NCBI RefSeq assembly: GCF_009914755.1
Contig: NC_060933.1
Source: the human T2T-CHM13v2.0 reference genome, Homo sapiens
DNA length: 64,000 nucleotides
Direction: 5' to 3' (one strand)
The notes beneath the pieces were generated by a model. That model worked only from the letters and a program-made list of their open reading frames with translations. It made no database searches and was not told the DNA's origin. Each line of letters begins with the position of its first letter. Within the stretch, counting starts at the first letter, position 1. A program made the translations under genes and the position numbers. This document shows, in pieces, positions 45,248 through 59,883 of this stretch.

Positions 45248-46506
45248 AGAATTGGGAAGGAGGAAGCAAACTTCAGATTCCTTTGTACATTCCCCAAGAC
45301 CTCCCCTGATCCAGCCTCTGCCTCATCCACTAGCAAGTCTTAACATTATTTACCAACAAAACTACCTGGAGTTCCTAGAAAACATCATGTTACTTCATGC
45401 CTTCCATATTCTGTTTTCACAATTAAAATGCCTTCTTCCACTGCCTATCCACAAGGTGAACTCCCTTTATCTTTCAATCTTCCAATGTCCAGCTGATGTC
45501 TCAGGAGTCTCCTTAATCACTGCCACACACACATCATCAGCAGTGTGTTGGTGTGCCCTGCTATATGCCATCACCTCTGTACCTTGCACATAAGTCATAA
45601 CATTCATCACACTAAACCCTATTCAGTTATGAGACAACTGCTGGACTTTGAGCTTCCTGAGGATAAAGCCAGCACTATAATTATTTTTTTATCCTAATGC
45701 TCAGTGTGCCTGGCAATATAGACAGTGCTCAATAAAGGGTAATTGAACAATAAAAGGAGGAATTAATGAAGGCATATAGCCACTAGAAATGAAAAATGAA
45801 CTGAAGAATTGGTTTGCCCAAAAGCACAAGTATTCTAACACAACTATTTCCTGTCAAATGATTTTCTTCATTCATGCATGCATGCAAAAGGCTGTACACA
45901 AGACACAAAGTGCTGGTAATATAATCTTCCCAGCTTTCTCAAGTCACTGAAAATCCTGATGATGCAAGAGCCTTCCTAGTCAATCCCACACATTCCATTC
46001 CCAATGGCCATTAGGAAGAAAAAGAAACATACAAAATGTTGGGGAAATGATCCCTAAAGGTTAAGCATTATAATTAACTTTCTGTCTTGGCACATCCTTT
46101 AACTTATTCCTTCTTCCTTAACACACGCACCTGCTTGTTCCATCATGAATTTGGAGTTCACCATTGCCTGTGCAAACATCTATATTACCAATTCCATGCC
46201 ATGGTAATTACATATTCAAAAGTTACAGACTCAACACACAAAAAAAATCCCAAATAATTTGGGTTGATCCAAATCACACCTCCAAATAGGTACACAGGCA
46301 AGCCAACTCAAATAAATTCACAGGGGTATAAGGTATAAATCTTTATAGCACATAAACAAATGTTTATGCATTAGAATTGAGTATGAAAAATAAAGCCTTA
46401 AGAGATCTAGAAGAAAATACAGTAGAATGTTTATATAGTCACAGATTGAGAGGAGGCTATTTTAGCATAAGGCCAAAGAAAAGACTGATAAAGGTAACTA
46501 CCTAAA

Positions 46507-46962
46507 ATAGTTTGGATATTTGTCTCCAACCAAATCTCACATTGAAATGTAATCCCCAGTGTTATACCTGGGGCCTGATGGGAGGTGTTTGGATCATGGG
46601 GACAGATCCCTCATGAATGGTTCTGGAACATTCTCTTGGTGGTAAGTGATCTGAGTTCTCTCAAGATATTGTCATTTAAAAGTATGTGTCACCTCACCCC
46701 AACTAACTCACTCCTTCTCTCCCTTTCTCTCTCTCTTTCAGTGGTGCTTGTTTGCTCCTGTTTTCACCACATGAGGTGCCTCCTCCCCCTTCACCTACTG
46801 CCATGACTGTAAATTTTGTGAGGCCTCCCCAGAAGCCGAGCAGATGCCAGCACCATGCTTCCTGTAGAGCCCGCAGAATTGTGAGCCAATTAAATTTCTT
46901 TTCTTTATAAATTACCCAGTCTTAGGTATTTCTTTACAGCAGTATAAAAATGGCCTAATGCA
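46507..46962 (+). mobile_element. MSTB-like MaLR solo LTR
   Basis: atagtttggatatttgtc…aaatctcacattgaaatgtaatcccc…ctttataaattacccagtc…cctaatgca. Confidence 0.88.
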
Positions 46963-47504
46963 CTACCTAAACATTCAAAGCTTCATTATATTAAACAAAT
47001 GCATATTTGAAAAAATGCTTTATATCACATCATAAACTGTTAACATTCTTAAAGTTTAAAAACGAAAATTATATGTATTAAATATATAGCTTAAACAAGT
47101 AAATTTTTAGATGAGCATCCCAATAGAAAAATGGTTGATAAACATCCACAAGAAATTTATGAAATACAAATGATCGATGAGCATAAGAAAAAATTGTGCC
47201 TAACTTAAAGTGATTAAATAATCTAATTTTAAAAATAAAATGCCATTGCCCCCAACACATTGATAATCTTTCTAAATTTATAATATTCAGTTTAATGAAG
47301 TTGCTGCACTTTCGAGCACTGTGATCAGGGGTTTCAGTATGGAAAAATCTCATCCTGTCCCTGAAGGATGATTTTGGCAATATGTATCAAAAGCCAGACA
47401 AACACACCCTTTGACCTAGCAATCCTACTTCAAGATGTTTATCATTGGAAAAGAAACAGCAATCTGTGCTAACATACCTATTGAAGACAATCATTACAAA
47501 ACTA

Positions 47505-47855
<351 letters not shown>

Positions 47856-49663
47856 TTATTAATAACAATATATTTGAAGGACAAAATATGTCCTGCTATT
47901 TTAAAAGTCACACTATAGACGTCTTTTCCCAGAATACTAAGAGCAAAATACAGTGAAAACTCTTCTAGCACAAAAACATGTAAAACTGCTGTGTGTGTAT
48001 GCATACATAAGCACACACCTCCACCTCTGTAAATGTTTACCCAAGTTGGCAAAAGTCATGAATCTCCCAAGAAGCAAAAGTAATCAAGAAATCAACTCGG
48101 AAAAGAAAAAAATAACAATAATAAACTAGGGAGTCTGTCAGCCGATTATATCCCAATAATCCCAGGTGACCTTGAGTTTTGGCTTTTAAAAGCAGAAATC
48201 AAGTGAAAAATGGAAGTCAGATCAAAGACCTCTGCAAAAAGCTGGGACATCCTACCCTTAACAGCTGAACTAATAGAAAAAATACTGACCCAAGTCACAC
48301 AGGGAGAGGGTCAGAAAATGTGACTGTCTCACACATGGATCTACATGGATCTAGGTAGGAAAGAGTCGCCCCTGAGAATTTATATCCGGACACTTGCCCT
48401 TAATAAACTGGGGATGACCTGAATTCCTACTGCTGGTGTAGCCACCCAAAAACCTCAAGCTAATAATTCAACCTGATGTGGACATGGGTTGAGAGTGCCT
48501 TTAATGCATCAAACAGAAGAAAACACAAATTCTTTCTGAACTGATTCACCTTAAGCTCTCAAAGAATTCCCAGAGAAAAAGTTCCTAGAAACATGAGCTT
48601 ACATTGGGAGAATGGGGAGTGGGGTGGGATCGCAAAGCACATACAGAAACAAGTCAACATTTACAAGAGTCATCAAAAAGAACAAACAGTCGAAGCAGAC
48701 TTACAAAGTCTACAGATACTGGGATTATCCAATACAGACTATAAAATAAAAATGTTTAATAAGTTTAAAAGTAAAAGAGGACATATTAAAGGATAATATA
48801 TTAAAAATGACTTACAACTTTTAAGAAGATGTAAACAGGGTTCCTAAAATAAAAATAGAAACAGGGTTCCTAGAAATATAAAAACACAGTATTTCAAATT
48901 AGATATTCAGTAGGTGAGTAATACAGCTGATTAAGTGCAACTGAAGAGATAATTAGTAAAGTGGACCATCACTACAAACGAATTACACAGAGGCACAGAT
49001 GGGAAATCTCAAAGTGAGGTTTAGAGTCAGGAATGAGATTTAAAAAAAAAAATTCATACCAAAACAAATTTTATTGAGCATTTATTAACACAAAAATGTT
49101 TGATACATTCCTAAATATTTTTTAAAAAGCCACAAAGCAATATATACTTGTGTCATTTTTATTTTTTGAAAAGTGTGGGGTTTACAGACATAAGTGTACA
49201 TATTTGGAAGAATTGGTAAAAATGATTGGTTTATGTTTGAGTGGAAATATTTCAGTCCATTTTTTGTTTACATTTTTATATTTTCCAGGGGTTCTGAATT
49301 ATATATGAATCACTTTTATAGTAAAAAAAGTTATTTAAAAATTAATAGAAAATAATACTGGGCATATATATATGTATTTGAGTATATGAAGGGACATATA
49401 CCAATACTGTTAACAGCTGCTATTTCTAGTTTTTCAGAATTTGCATGATTTGGATGATTTTTACCTATAATTTCTAATCAATAATTGAATAAATTATATG
49501 TCTAAATATGGAGGGGAAAAGACTTGGTACTTACAAACACTAATAGAGATTTTATTATGGATGCTAAGTTACTATGATTTTTATATTTTACAAATTCTCA
49601 TTTGTTTTTGTTGTTTATATAGTTTACACTTTACATATTTTCATTTCTCATTTCATAATTAGG

Positions 49664-49666
<3 letters not shown>

Positions 49667-49722
<56 letters not shown>
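49667..49722. repeat. (AT)28 microsatellite
   Basis: 56 nt of uninterrupted AT. Confidence 0.97.
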
Positions 49723-49724
<2 letters not shown>

Positions 49725-50959
49725 ATACATAGATAGGTCAGTTGGCCATAGAATTGTATACAAACCTTTGTGCAAGAAAATCCCACTTTAAAATTGAAAA
49801 CAAATATGCAATATATCTATATATTTATATACAATGTTTTCAGAGACTTACAATGTGACAGGAAAGCACTGCCTTTAAATGTTAAAATTTTAAAACACAG
49901 AACAAAAATACATTCAGCTCTCATAAAGGTCTTGCAGAGGAATAACAGGCAGAAATTATAGGAGAATGTTAACAGTGGCTGTTCCTGGTGTCCTAGTTCC
50001 CTTCTTGCATTAATATCTGGGGAGGGAGAGAACAAGAGCGCCAGTCAGAGTTTCTTGATGTTAACATACATCTGGCCTCAATTTTGATTCTTGGGAACCA
50101 GAGCAGTGGAAGCAAGAGACCAGGAAAATAAGGTAGGGGCTAAAACCACCTATCTTAAAACATGTTAAAATGTACAATCATTGAGGTGAATTAGAGGCAA
50201 AAAGTCAACATTTACTACCGCCTTTCAAGATAAGGGAAAAGGACCAGTGCAACCAAGAAAAGGGAAAAGCCAATAATACTTAGCTGTTGCCGCCTTTCTT
50301 AATGACATAAAAACCCACATCAGACAATTTTTTTTGGTACCCTACCCTTGAACTGGAAACCACAGATTTTAATCTCTAATTTATTTAGGAATAAAAATTC
50401 AGATCACAGGCAACACACTTCCATGTGACTTTAAATGTATATTATTAGCTAATGATAGGAAAACCTCACATTGCCCAGTTGAGTTCACATAAAATGTCAT
50501 GACTTCCCTTCTCCTTCCAGAAACAGATCTCTGAAAGCATATCCCTAAAGAAGAATACCAAATATTAGCCAGAAACTTAATTTATTCTATCCCACATTCC
50601 TCTGATCTTTGAAAAAGTGATTCTGCAGTGCTTTCCAAATTCACAGCAGACATAATGTATGAACATCAAATCATCAAAGACAGTTCAAGAGAATGCCTCA
50701 CTTTTAGAAACACTACAAACTAAAACTTAAGAGCTTCTACACCTGCAAATAATAAACTTCAAAGGCAATCCAAACTATCCTGGCATTTATCATTTGTGAG
50801 CATAAGTGTATGTAGTGGGTGTAAGTCTGTGCTTGGTTTTAATAATCAATTGACTGATTATAGTTTAACTAGTCTTATTTCAGCCTCGAATTCGTGTAGA
50901 GTGTCTTAAAGCTATTTTAAGTATGTTGTTCATAAAATTTATAGCATCTCATCATTGGA

Positions 50960-51430
50960 AGAAAACTTCTGAGGTCTAGTTCTACATCTTATCCAATCCT
51001 TTAGTCACTGCAGAATCTATTCTCTATGTCTGCTGGAACACTTCCAATAACGGGAAGCTCACTACCTTCCAAGGCCAGCCATGAGATCCTTGGACAGGCA
51101 GTTTGCTAGAAATTCTCTCTCAAATGTAGTTCAGATTATCCTAACTGAAAAACCCATCCCTGGGACCCAGCTACTCTTTTGTAACCAAACTGAATCCCGT
51201 TCTTTAAACACTTCAAATCTTACCTGGCCGATGAAGATAGAGATCAGATTGTCTGTTTCTTTCTTTCCTCTGTCTCATAATTCTATTTTGCAGATCCTTT
51301 AAAACTTCTTTCCACTTTTCACTGAGAACACGACAGCTGATTTATTCTATCCTTCAAGGATGACACCTAAAACACAATATAGTACCCTTGCTGGCTAGTT
51401 CTGACCAGTCCAGAATATGATGAAGCCCAC
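50960..51430 (-). mobile_element. L3/CR1 LINE fossil
   Basis: gaacacttccaataacgggaagctcactaccttcc…tagaaattctct resembles antisense L3 consensus. Confidence 0.55.
51224..51366 (-). other. LPAR1: Candidate alternative 5'UTR exon of LPAR1 (143 nt)
   Basis: Near-consensus donor CCAG|gtaaga at 51223, acceptor tattgtgttttag|GTGTC at 51368-51367, and a purine-rich exon body. An alternative AG lies at 51353-51352. Confidence 0.5.
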
Positions 51431-51587
51431 TTGTTCTTAATGTTTGGATATGAGGTGTTTAGAGAGCACATTATAATGAAAACAAAATGTCTACAGTTTG
51501 ATAAAACAGTCATTTCAAATTGGCCCAACTTTGAAAAATGCTGCTACCGTGAGATGGAAAATAATAATAACTAAAGTCCCCAAATCC

Positions 51588-52070
51588 ACTGTTTCTCAAA
51601 GAACATGTGGCCCACCAGTTGTCTGTTAAAAATGCAGAGTCTCAGCTAGGCACAATGGCTCATGCCTGTTATTCCAACACTTTGAGAGGCCAAGGCAGAA
51701 AGATCACTTGAGCCCAGGTGTTCAAGACCAGGCTGGACAACATAGCGAGACCCTGTCTCTACAAAAAAATTTTTAAATTAGCCAGGCATGGTGGTGCACA
51801 TCTGTGGTCCCAACTACTCAGGTAGCTGAGGTAAGAGAATTGCTTGAGCCTAGGAGTTCAAGGCTGCAATGAGCAGTTATCATGCCACTGCACTCCAGCC
51901 TGGACAATAGAGCAAAACCCTGTCTCAAACAAACAAACAAACAAACAAAAAATGCAGAGTCCTGGATCCTTCCCAAATTATCTGAATTGTGAACACTGTG
52001 AGCAGGCTGAAAACTCTGCATTTAAATACACATCTCTGGCATTTCTGATGACAGTAAACAGTGAAAACCA
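51588..52070. mobile_element. MER5-like element split by AluJ (51644-51951, + strand)
   Basis: tttctcaaa…tgttaaaaatgcagagtc…ctgcatttaaa. The Alu TSD is aaaaatgcagagtc. Confidence 0.8.
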
Positions 52071-52118
52071 ATGCCTTATCCTATGCTTGCCGAATTGTTA
52101 TTGTTTTAACAAACACAA

Positions 52119-52137
52119 ACACACACATGCATGTACG

Positions 52138-52176
<39 letters not shown>

Positions 52177-52178
52177 AC
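52119..52178. repeat. (CA)n with a CG core: 60 nt of perfect purine/pyrimidine alternation
   Basis: acacacacatgcatgtacgcacgcgcgcacac…atacacac. Confidence 0.95.
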
Positions 52179-54530
52179 TCAGTATCCTGGTAGTCCACAA
52201 AAGCAGAATTGAATCTGGGTTGGTCTCAGTTGATGGTAAAGCTAGGATTAGAACAAGACCCTGGTAATCACATCTTTCAGTTCCAGTCCAAGCTTGTCCC
52301 CTAAAGAAGAAAACAATATCTGGGATGTGGTAGGAGGATGAGACAGAGTTTTAAATGGGGCTGATGGGGCAAAATAAAGAGCCTAAAATAAAGCAATTAC
52401 TTCATTCACACTTGATCCTTTGAGGTTGGTGGTAAAAAACTAAGAAACTGTTCAATTGAGAGAAATATGCCAGAAGAGAGGAGAGGAAAAGGCAAGGAAA
52501 GAGAAAGGAGAGGAAGAAGGAAGGAAAATTTCGTTTAATAGTAAGCGGGAATTCCTGTGACTGGACAGGACAGACCAGCTGGATTCAGCCTGTAACTTTG
52601 TGAAAGGTCTAGAATTTCACTCTTAAAATTTTAATTTTCAAATTTTCTTCTGTTAATGTTAAGCTTTACGTGATTTAGAAAATGTTCTCCCCTAAATAAG
52701 CAAACTCGTCATGAAAATCGCTGATATCTGCATTTGCTGCAACAAGAACAACAAAAAATACATTCAAGGATTTTTTTTAATTCCAGGATAAGGATCAAAT
52801 TTATTTCCTCATAGAACAAGAAGACACTCTAACAATGAAGGCCAAAAGTGCTTGTAAAATCCTTTTTGCTGTTGGGGTCGTAGTTTTAAAAAGTACACTT
52901 CATTCCAGTTCTAAATACACACGCAAACTACAGACAAAACATCCTACCACAAAACTAAATCTGAAAATGTCCAGGACCAACCAATCCACAATAAAGAGGT
53001 TAAACACCAAACCCAAAATGGTAAATGTAATAACCATGACCCTCACCATGTGGTAAGAGATGAATCTAATTAATGTTACCTTAAAAAGAACTTAAGTAAC
53101 TCCTTCCTGTCCTAATTGCCCATTATAAGCCTCAGAAGCCAGCTGTGTGGTAGAGACAAATCAGTGACATTCAGCAAACCATGTTCTGACCAAAGTACCA
53201 CTTTACCCTGTGTGAACTCTATGAAACATGCGTTAATGGATTCCAAGGGCATTTAAAGAGGCTATAACCTGTCAAACATTTACAATTACAATGGGATCAA
53301 TAAAAATGGGATTGTTAGATGGCATTTTTCAGATTGCTCTATTCTGATTCCAAAAAGAAAAAGAAAAAAAGGGTGATCAGGGAGCCGTGACACAAAACAA
53401 TGACATTTTGTTAAATCCTGAGGCTGGAAGAAACCTTAAAGGTTATCTAGTAAATTTCCCCAACCTTCATTCCCTCTTGCAAACAACTCAATCATCAAGC
53501 AAGTCATTATCAAGGGCAATTTCATCACACCCAACAGTCTGACCTCTCAAGTTAGTTTCTGAATTGACTATACCACTTAGCCCCTCATCATTCAGAATTG
53601 CCTGTGACACTTCAAAATCCCCCTTTATAGCTGAAACTATGCATCTATGCAGCTGTTTGTGCTCATACACATTATTTCAGCCCTCCAAAATACCCAGCCT
53701 CCTGCTCCCTCCATTCTTTCCTGTTCACCAGCCCTATCCAAGGTCAATTCTCACAATGCCCAGCCTAAATACCATAGTCAGCCCTCTGGGCTCCCCTCAC
53801 ACCAGCCTGATACCTCCCATGCTCCTTTCTGCCAATCTGCCCTTTGACACCACAATCATGATTAAACTCCAAACTGCCTGTTCTGCTCCCATTCACAACC
53901 TCCAGAGGCCTTGTGGGGAAAACTTAAGGACAAGGTAAAGCTGTCACTATTAATGAATGCATTCTAATCTCAGGTGAGCCCAAAAAGAGAAGCCATCAGT
54001 GCTGCCATTTCTCTCGGCGCCTCTTCCAAGCCTTAAATCCCCTAAAGGAACTCCCCAGTTTGCACATCCATCATGGAGAAGTTGATGAACATCAGGCAAG
54101 AAGCCCCCCAAACTCCCATCCTTCCCATCCTTCTCTCTCTCTTACCAACCACCACTTGAATGATCCGAGCCATTCTTTCGGATCTCTTCTCTACACTTAA
54201 CACTAGACCCATCCTCTCAACCTTGGATCACATTAGAATGACCAGGTGTCTGCCCTGGCCTCTCTTTCAAAGACTGAGTCATGGCCTGAAGTGAGCCCCC
54301 TGCACATGGCATGTTTCAAAAGCTCCCCCAGGTGTTCTTAAAATAAGCCAAGGTTGGGTATTACTGGTGAAGACAATTTTTATCCATGCCCATGATTTTA
54401 AATACCAAATCTGGAGTTCTTTTCTGGGCTGTGTTCTCACACATCCAAATGCATTATAGAACCACCACCACCACCCTACATACTCCATAGGGTTTGCAAA
54501 TTCAACATGTACCAAACTCTTCATCCTTCC

Positions 54531-54915
54531 TGTTCTAGGCTAAACTGTGTCCCCCCGAGAAATTCATATGTTGAGGTCCTAACTCCCAGTACCTCAGAAT
54601 GTGACCACATTTGGAGCCAGGGTCTATAAAGAGGTAATTAAGTTAGAATGAGGTCATTAGAGTGGGCCCTAATCCAATATGACTAGGGCCCTTATAAGAG
54701 GAAGAAAGTTGGACACAGGCAGGTACAAACGAAAAACCACATGAAGACACGGGGAGGAGACCATCACATGCAAGGCAAAGAGAGAGGCCTCAGAAGAAAA
54801 CAGTCCTCACAATTCTCTATGACTTCCAGCCTCCAGAATTGTGAGAAAATAAATTTTTGTTGTTTCAGCCACCCAGTCCGTGGGACTTCATGGCAGCCCT
54901 GGCAATCTAATATAA
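54531..54915 (+). mobile_element. MLT1B-like MaLR solo LTR
   Basis: tgt…aactgtgtcccccc…cctcagaatgtgacc…ccagaattgtgagaaaataaattt…gcagccctggcaatctaata. Confidence 0.88.
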
Positions 54916-55124
54916 ATACACTTCCCATGTCCTTGTTACTCTCTCCTACTTCGTCTCATTCAACGGTATTGTCATCCATTCACTATCACTCCTCCCCCTC
55001 CCTCACCCACCATATCTATTCAATAGCCAAGTTGCATCAATTCTTCCTCCTAAATGTCTTTCGTATCTACCTTCTTCCCTCCAAACCCACTGTTACTGCC
55101 TTAACTCAAGCCCTCTTAAGATAT

Positions 55125-55425
55125 CTCAGTACTATACGATCTCAACTTATAGGTAGAATCTTAAAAAGTTGAACCAAGAAGTAGAGGGTAGAATGATGGT
55201 CACCAGAGGCTGGAGGCAAGGGATGAAGAACAGTGGGGTGGGAGATAGGGAGTTGTTGATCAAAGGGCACAAAGTTTCAGACAGACAAGAGGAATAGCTT
55301 CTTTCTGAGATCCACTGCACAGCAGAGTGGCTAGAGTCAATAATAATGCATTGTATATTTCAAAATAAGAGTAAATTTCAAACGTCTCACCATAAAAAAT
55401 TATATAGGTCAGTGAAATGGAGGAA
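55125..55425 (+). mobile_element. L1MA 3' fragment inside L2
   Basis: gtagaatgatggtcaccagaggctgg…gatcaaagggcacaaagtttcag. Confidence 0.75.
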
Positions 55426-57415
55426 AAATAAAGATGTTTTCATAAATAACTTTTTTTAAAAAGCTATTCTAGTCCCTTCTACCTGCAACTATTTCTCCTG
55501 GGTGTTTGGAGAATAACCTTCCTAAAACAGAAATCTAGTATGGCAATGATCTGTTTCAAACCTTCCCATGGTTCCCCATTGCCCCAAGGCCAGCCTCCTC
55601 ATGCACGGCAAACTGAGTCCTTCAGGTACTTCTGGCTTAGGCTATAATTCACCTTGCTTGTTAAGCCCCAGCACTTTGGATCTACTCAGAAATCCCCTAA
55701 CATATAATGCTAATCCACACAGCTGTCTTTGCATATGCACTTGGCTTTTCCTGGAATACCCTCCCTTGTCCAAATTCTATGCCTGGCAAATATCTACTCA
55801 TCTTTCCAGTCACAGCCTTTCAATGAAGCCTTTTATGGGTCCTATTCCCCACCCAGATTAATCACCACCTCCTCTATGCTGCTTCTGAACTTACACATAC
55901 ATCATTACACTGTGACCATATACCAGCAAATGTCACAAGCACAAATACCCACAGGGACCAACCAGGTATCATAAATACATGAAGTGCCAATGAAAACAGA
56001 TCTTTAGCTTCCATGATACAGAAACTACACTTGCACGAGGAACAATCATAATGCCCACCTGTCTATGCTGACTTTTGAAACTTGACCTGAACAAATAAAC
56101 TGTATGTGGGGCCAAATTCATTTAGCACATAGACTTCCAGTCTTGCAAACTCTGGCCAAAGGCATCAACTGTCAGAGCCTTCATTTCTCTTCCTTCTACT
56201 CCCTGAAGTAAAAAGACTCCACAAAATCCGTGCTCATAGGCTGATCTTTGTTCATGCTACTCTCAGTCAAGTCAATGCTTAAAGCACAGGAACCCACACT
56301 TAACTGACCACAAAGAGAGGATGCAGTATTGAGCTTAATAACCTTGAACTTACTGCTACTCAGTTCTTATCAAAAATATCCTTTTGCATGAAGTAATATT
56401 CATAGGAAACATCCTGAAAAGTATCTAATTCAGCACTCCACAAAGAATGTGGAATGTCTATGCTTGGACAGAGCCAGCAGTGAGCTGCTTGTCTGAACTG
56501 TCTTGCTTTGGCTCTTACAGAATGGCTTTTCTGAGATAAGCAATTGGCATTATGCCATTAACCTATATTGAGCAATACAGTTTTTTTTAACCCCATTGTC
56601 ACATTCATTGTAAGATTGTATTTGGAGACACGACTCAATACATTAAAGTACCTAACGTTTGGAGAACCATGGATAAAATCCTCTCTCCTCCCAGCACATG
56701 AAGAGTTCTCCTCCCAGCACATGAAGAGTTGTCCCCCCTGGTTAGTCCTTATCTTCATGGGCTTTCTGGGTAACACAGCTCATTGAGTCCCCTCTTCATG
56801 TCAACTATGAGGAAGAACAGCAAAATGCGTGGCCCTTTTCTAATACATGAATAGCACCCTAAGGTGGGCCCTTGGTCTCGGTCTCTGCTTAAATTCACAC
56901 TCACTTCCTCTTACCCCATTTCCTTCCTATGCTTATTAAATTTCACTATATTTAGTAGGAAAACAGACATGCAACTAACTTATAACATTGCATTTATCAC
57001 ATGGTACCTTCATTCAGTTCCCATCCCTCGAGTCTGAGTTTTTTGAAGGTGGGCCTCCATCACTAATGAGATATCAAATTTAATTGGATTACATGTGACT
57101 ACTTCCAGTAATGGGTGAAATTGCAAATCTATTACCTCCTAAGGAAGCTCACTTTATTTCCCCAAGGCACAAAAGTGGTCCCTGACTGTAATATCAATGG
57201 CATCTAGAAGAAAATTGAGCTTATGCGGGTAAATATGCAAAATACACACTAAACCAGCACAGGTATAATTACCATTTAGTTTTTAATTCTTTGCTATTCA
57301 TTTTTAGAGCACTTGCTCCATTTTCTAGTAGTTAACCAGTTATTTCACAGAAGTATACTCATCAGGAATACCCTACCATCAGTTGATGCAGTGTATACAG
57401 TTAAAAACAAAGCTT

Positions 57416-57739
<324 letters not shown>

Positions 57740-58865
57740 TTAAAGGACATAAAACTAAGGGAAGCTTGAAACATAAAGTTCTCTGTTAGAAGACAAAACT
57801 GTGGATGAGTGAAAGACATGACCACAGTGGAGAGAACATCCACCAATGAGGTCTAGTCAATGTCATCCAGGACAGATTATTATTAAAGTTTCCCATTGCT
57901 CTAATCATTTCACATTTCACTTATACTAATTTCCATCTTTAAGTTTTTCTCAAACTCTACTGGTAGGAGTATGAAGCATTATCATTGTTTTGGAAATCAA
58001 TTTAATCATTTCTATCTCTAGCCATAAAAATCATCCCTGCCTTTTAAGGCAACAAATTATATTACCAGGAATCTACTCTAAAGAAATTACCTGAAATGCA
58101 AAAATAGGCTTGCAAAGATATTTACTGAAGTGAGTTCACTATAACAGTAGCTGAATGGAATTAACATCACTTCCATTTACTGCATACTATTAAGAGAAAG
58201 GACAAAGTACTGATTATGCCCAGTAGGATTCCAACTAGATAAAATTTACAGAGAAAATATTAAAAGGGAATATCCCATAAACTTGACAATGGCTATCTCT
58301 AGGTGGGGAGTATGGGTACTTTTTCCTTCTTCTTCTTTATATTTTTCTTTGTTTTCTAAAATGAGCACAAACAGGTGTTACTTTTGAAAGTTAAGTTTTT
58401 AAACTACCTTTTAAAATCTACTTGGAAACCAAATGATATTACTTTCAAATCAGTGATCTCACTCTTAATCAGTCTACGGAAATTACATAAAAGTTGTTGA
58501 GTACAATACTTTTTAAAACAGCAAGTACAAAGGAAATAAAACTGTGTAAAAATAGGGCAATGGTTGAATGAACAGTTTAACAGCTTAATGGATTATTATC
58601 AGGCTATTAAAAATATGATTCAGACTATATCGCCTTATATAACAGTGTGTTAAAAAACAATCAGTAGAAATAAAAACACACATTTGTTACTTCTAGGTAG
58701 AAGTAGACCATAAAATAGAACATAATAGAAATAGGCCATAAAACTAACATGACTAAATAACAAATACATTCATTAGGGAACTGCAAATACAAGTGGGTTT
58801 ATTTAAATATTGCCATAATGTGATTTCAAAAATAATTTTTTTAATGTTTTTAAGAATACACTAAG

Positions 58866-58990
58866 GGCCAGGTATGGTGGCTCACACCTCTGATCCCAAC
58901 ACTTTGGGAAGATTGCTTGAGCCCAGGAGTTCGAGACCAGCCTGGTCAACATCGCAAGACACCTTCTCTATTAAAAATAATAATAATAGA
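58866..58990 (+). mobile_element. FLAM with a deletion
   Basis: Single Alu arm. Confidence 0.8.
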
Positions 58991-59237
58991 GATATATTTT
59001 AAAAGATAATAAACAGTATTTCATATAAAAACAATTGGTTTTAAATAAGTTGAACAGTTTTAAATACTTTAAGATGTGTTCACTGGAACATTTTTACTCA
59101 CTGAGTCATTCTGCCACTAAAACGGGATGAAGAAGGAAAAAGGAAGAGAGTTAGGCAGGTAAATGATAGTGTGTGTTTTCTGCTGAACGGCTACTGGACA
59201 GAGTTACTTTTATTCCCTACCCAAATTAGTGGAATGT

Positions 59238-59883
59238 TGTATTAGCTTAGGCTGCCATTAAAAAGTTCCTTGGGAGGCCGAGGCGGGCAGATCACAAGGA
59301 CAGGAGATCGAGACCATCCTGGCTAACATGGTGAAACCCCGTCTCTACTAAAAAAAAAAACATACAAAAAATTAGCCGGGCTTGGTGGCGGGCACCTGTA
59401 GTCCCAGCTACTCAGGAGGCTGAGGCAGGAGAATGGCGTGAACCTGGGAGGTGGAGATTGCAGTGAGCCAAGATCACGCCACAGCACATCAGCCTGGGCG
59501 ACAGAGTGAGACTCCGTCTCAAAAAAAAGTTCCATACGTTAGGTGGCTTAAATGAAAAAAATTTATTTTCTCATAATTCTAGAGGCTAGAAATGTAATAC
59601 AGGGTGCCAGCATGGTTGGTTTCTGGTGAGGGCTCTCCTTTTGGCTTGCAGACAGCTGTCTTTTCACTGTTTGCTCACACAGCCTTTCCTTGGTGAATGT
59701 GTATAGAAACAAAGATCTCTCTCTTCCTCTTCCCATAAGGCCACCAATCCTATCAGATTAGGACCCCACACTTATAATCTCATTTAATCCTAATTATCTC
59801 CTAAAAGCCTTATCTCCAAATACAGCTACACTGGGGGTTAGGGCTCCAACATGAATATTAGGGAGAAAATCCAGTCCATAGCA
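59238..59883 (-). mobile_element. MLT1(B/C)-like solo LTR split by AluY
   Basis: tgtattag…ggctgcca…ggtggcttaaa…ggttggtttctggtgagggc…ccagtccatagca. Confidence 0.85.
59269..59528 (+). mobile_element. AluY, 5'-truncated
   Basis: ggagatcgagaccatcctggctaac and gaatggcgtgaacc diagnostics, with TSD aaaaagttcc. Confidence 0.93.

Larger units (their letters stand above)
43950..45760 (+). mobile_element. Fragmented L2 containing two Alus
   Basis: Pyrimidine-rich L2 motifs (tgtcctcatcttacttgacc) and 3' end gtgcctggc…gtgctcaataaa. Confidence 0.65.

Noticed and set aside
53047-53079. Possible 33-nt microexon (tttttaag|…catg|gtgagg)
   Set aside because: Motif-only evidence with a weak AAG acceptor, expected by chance in 64 kb.
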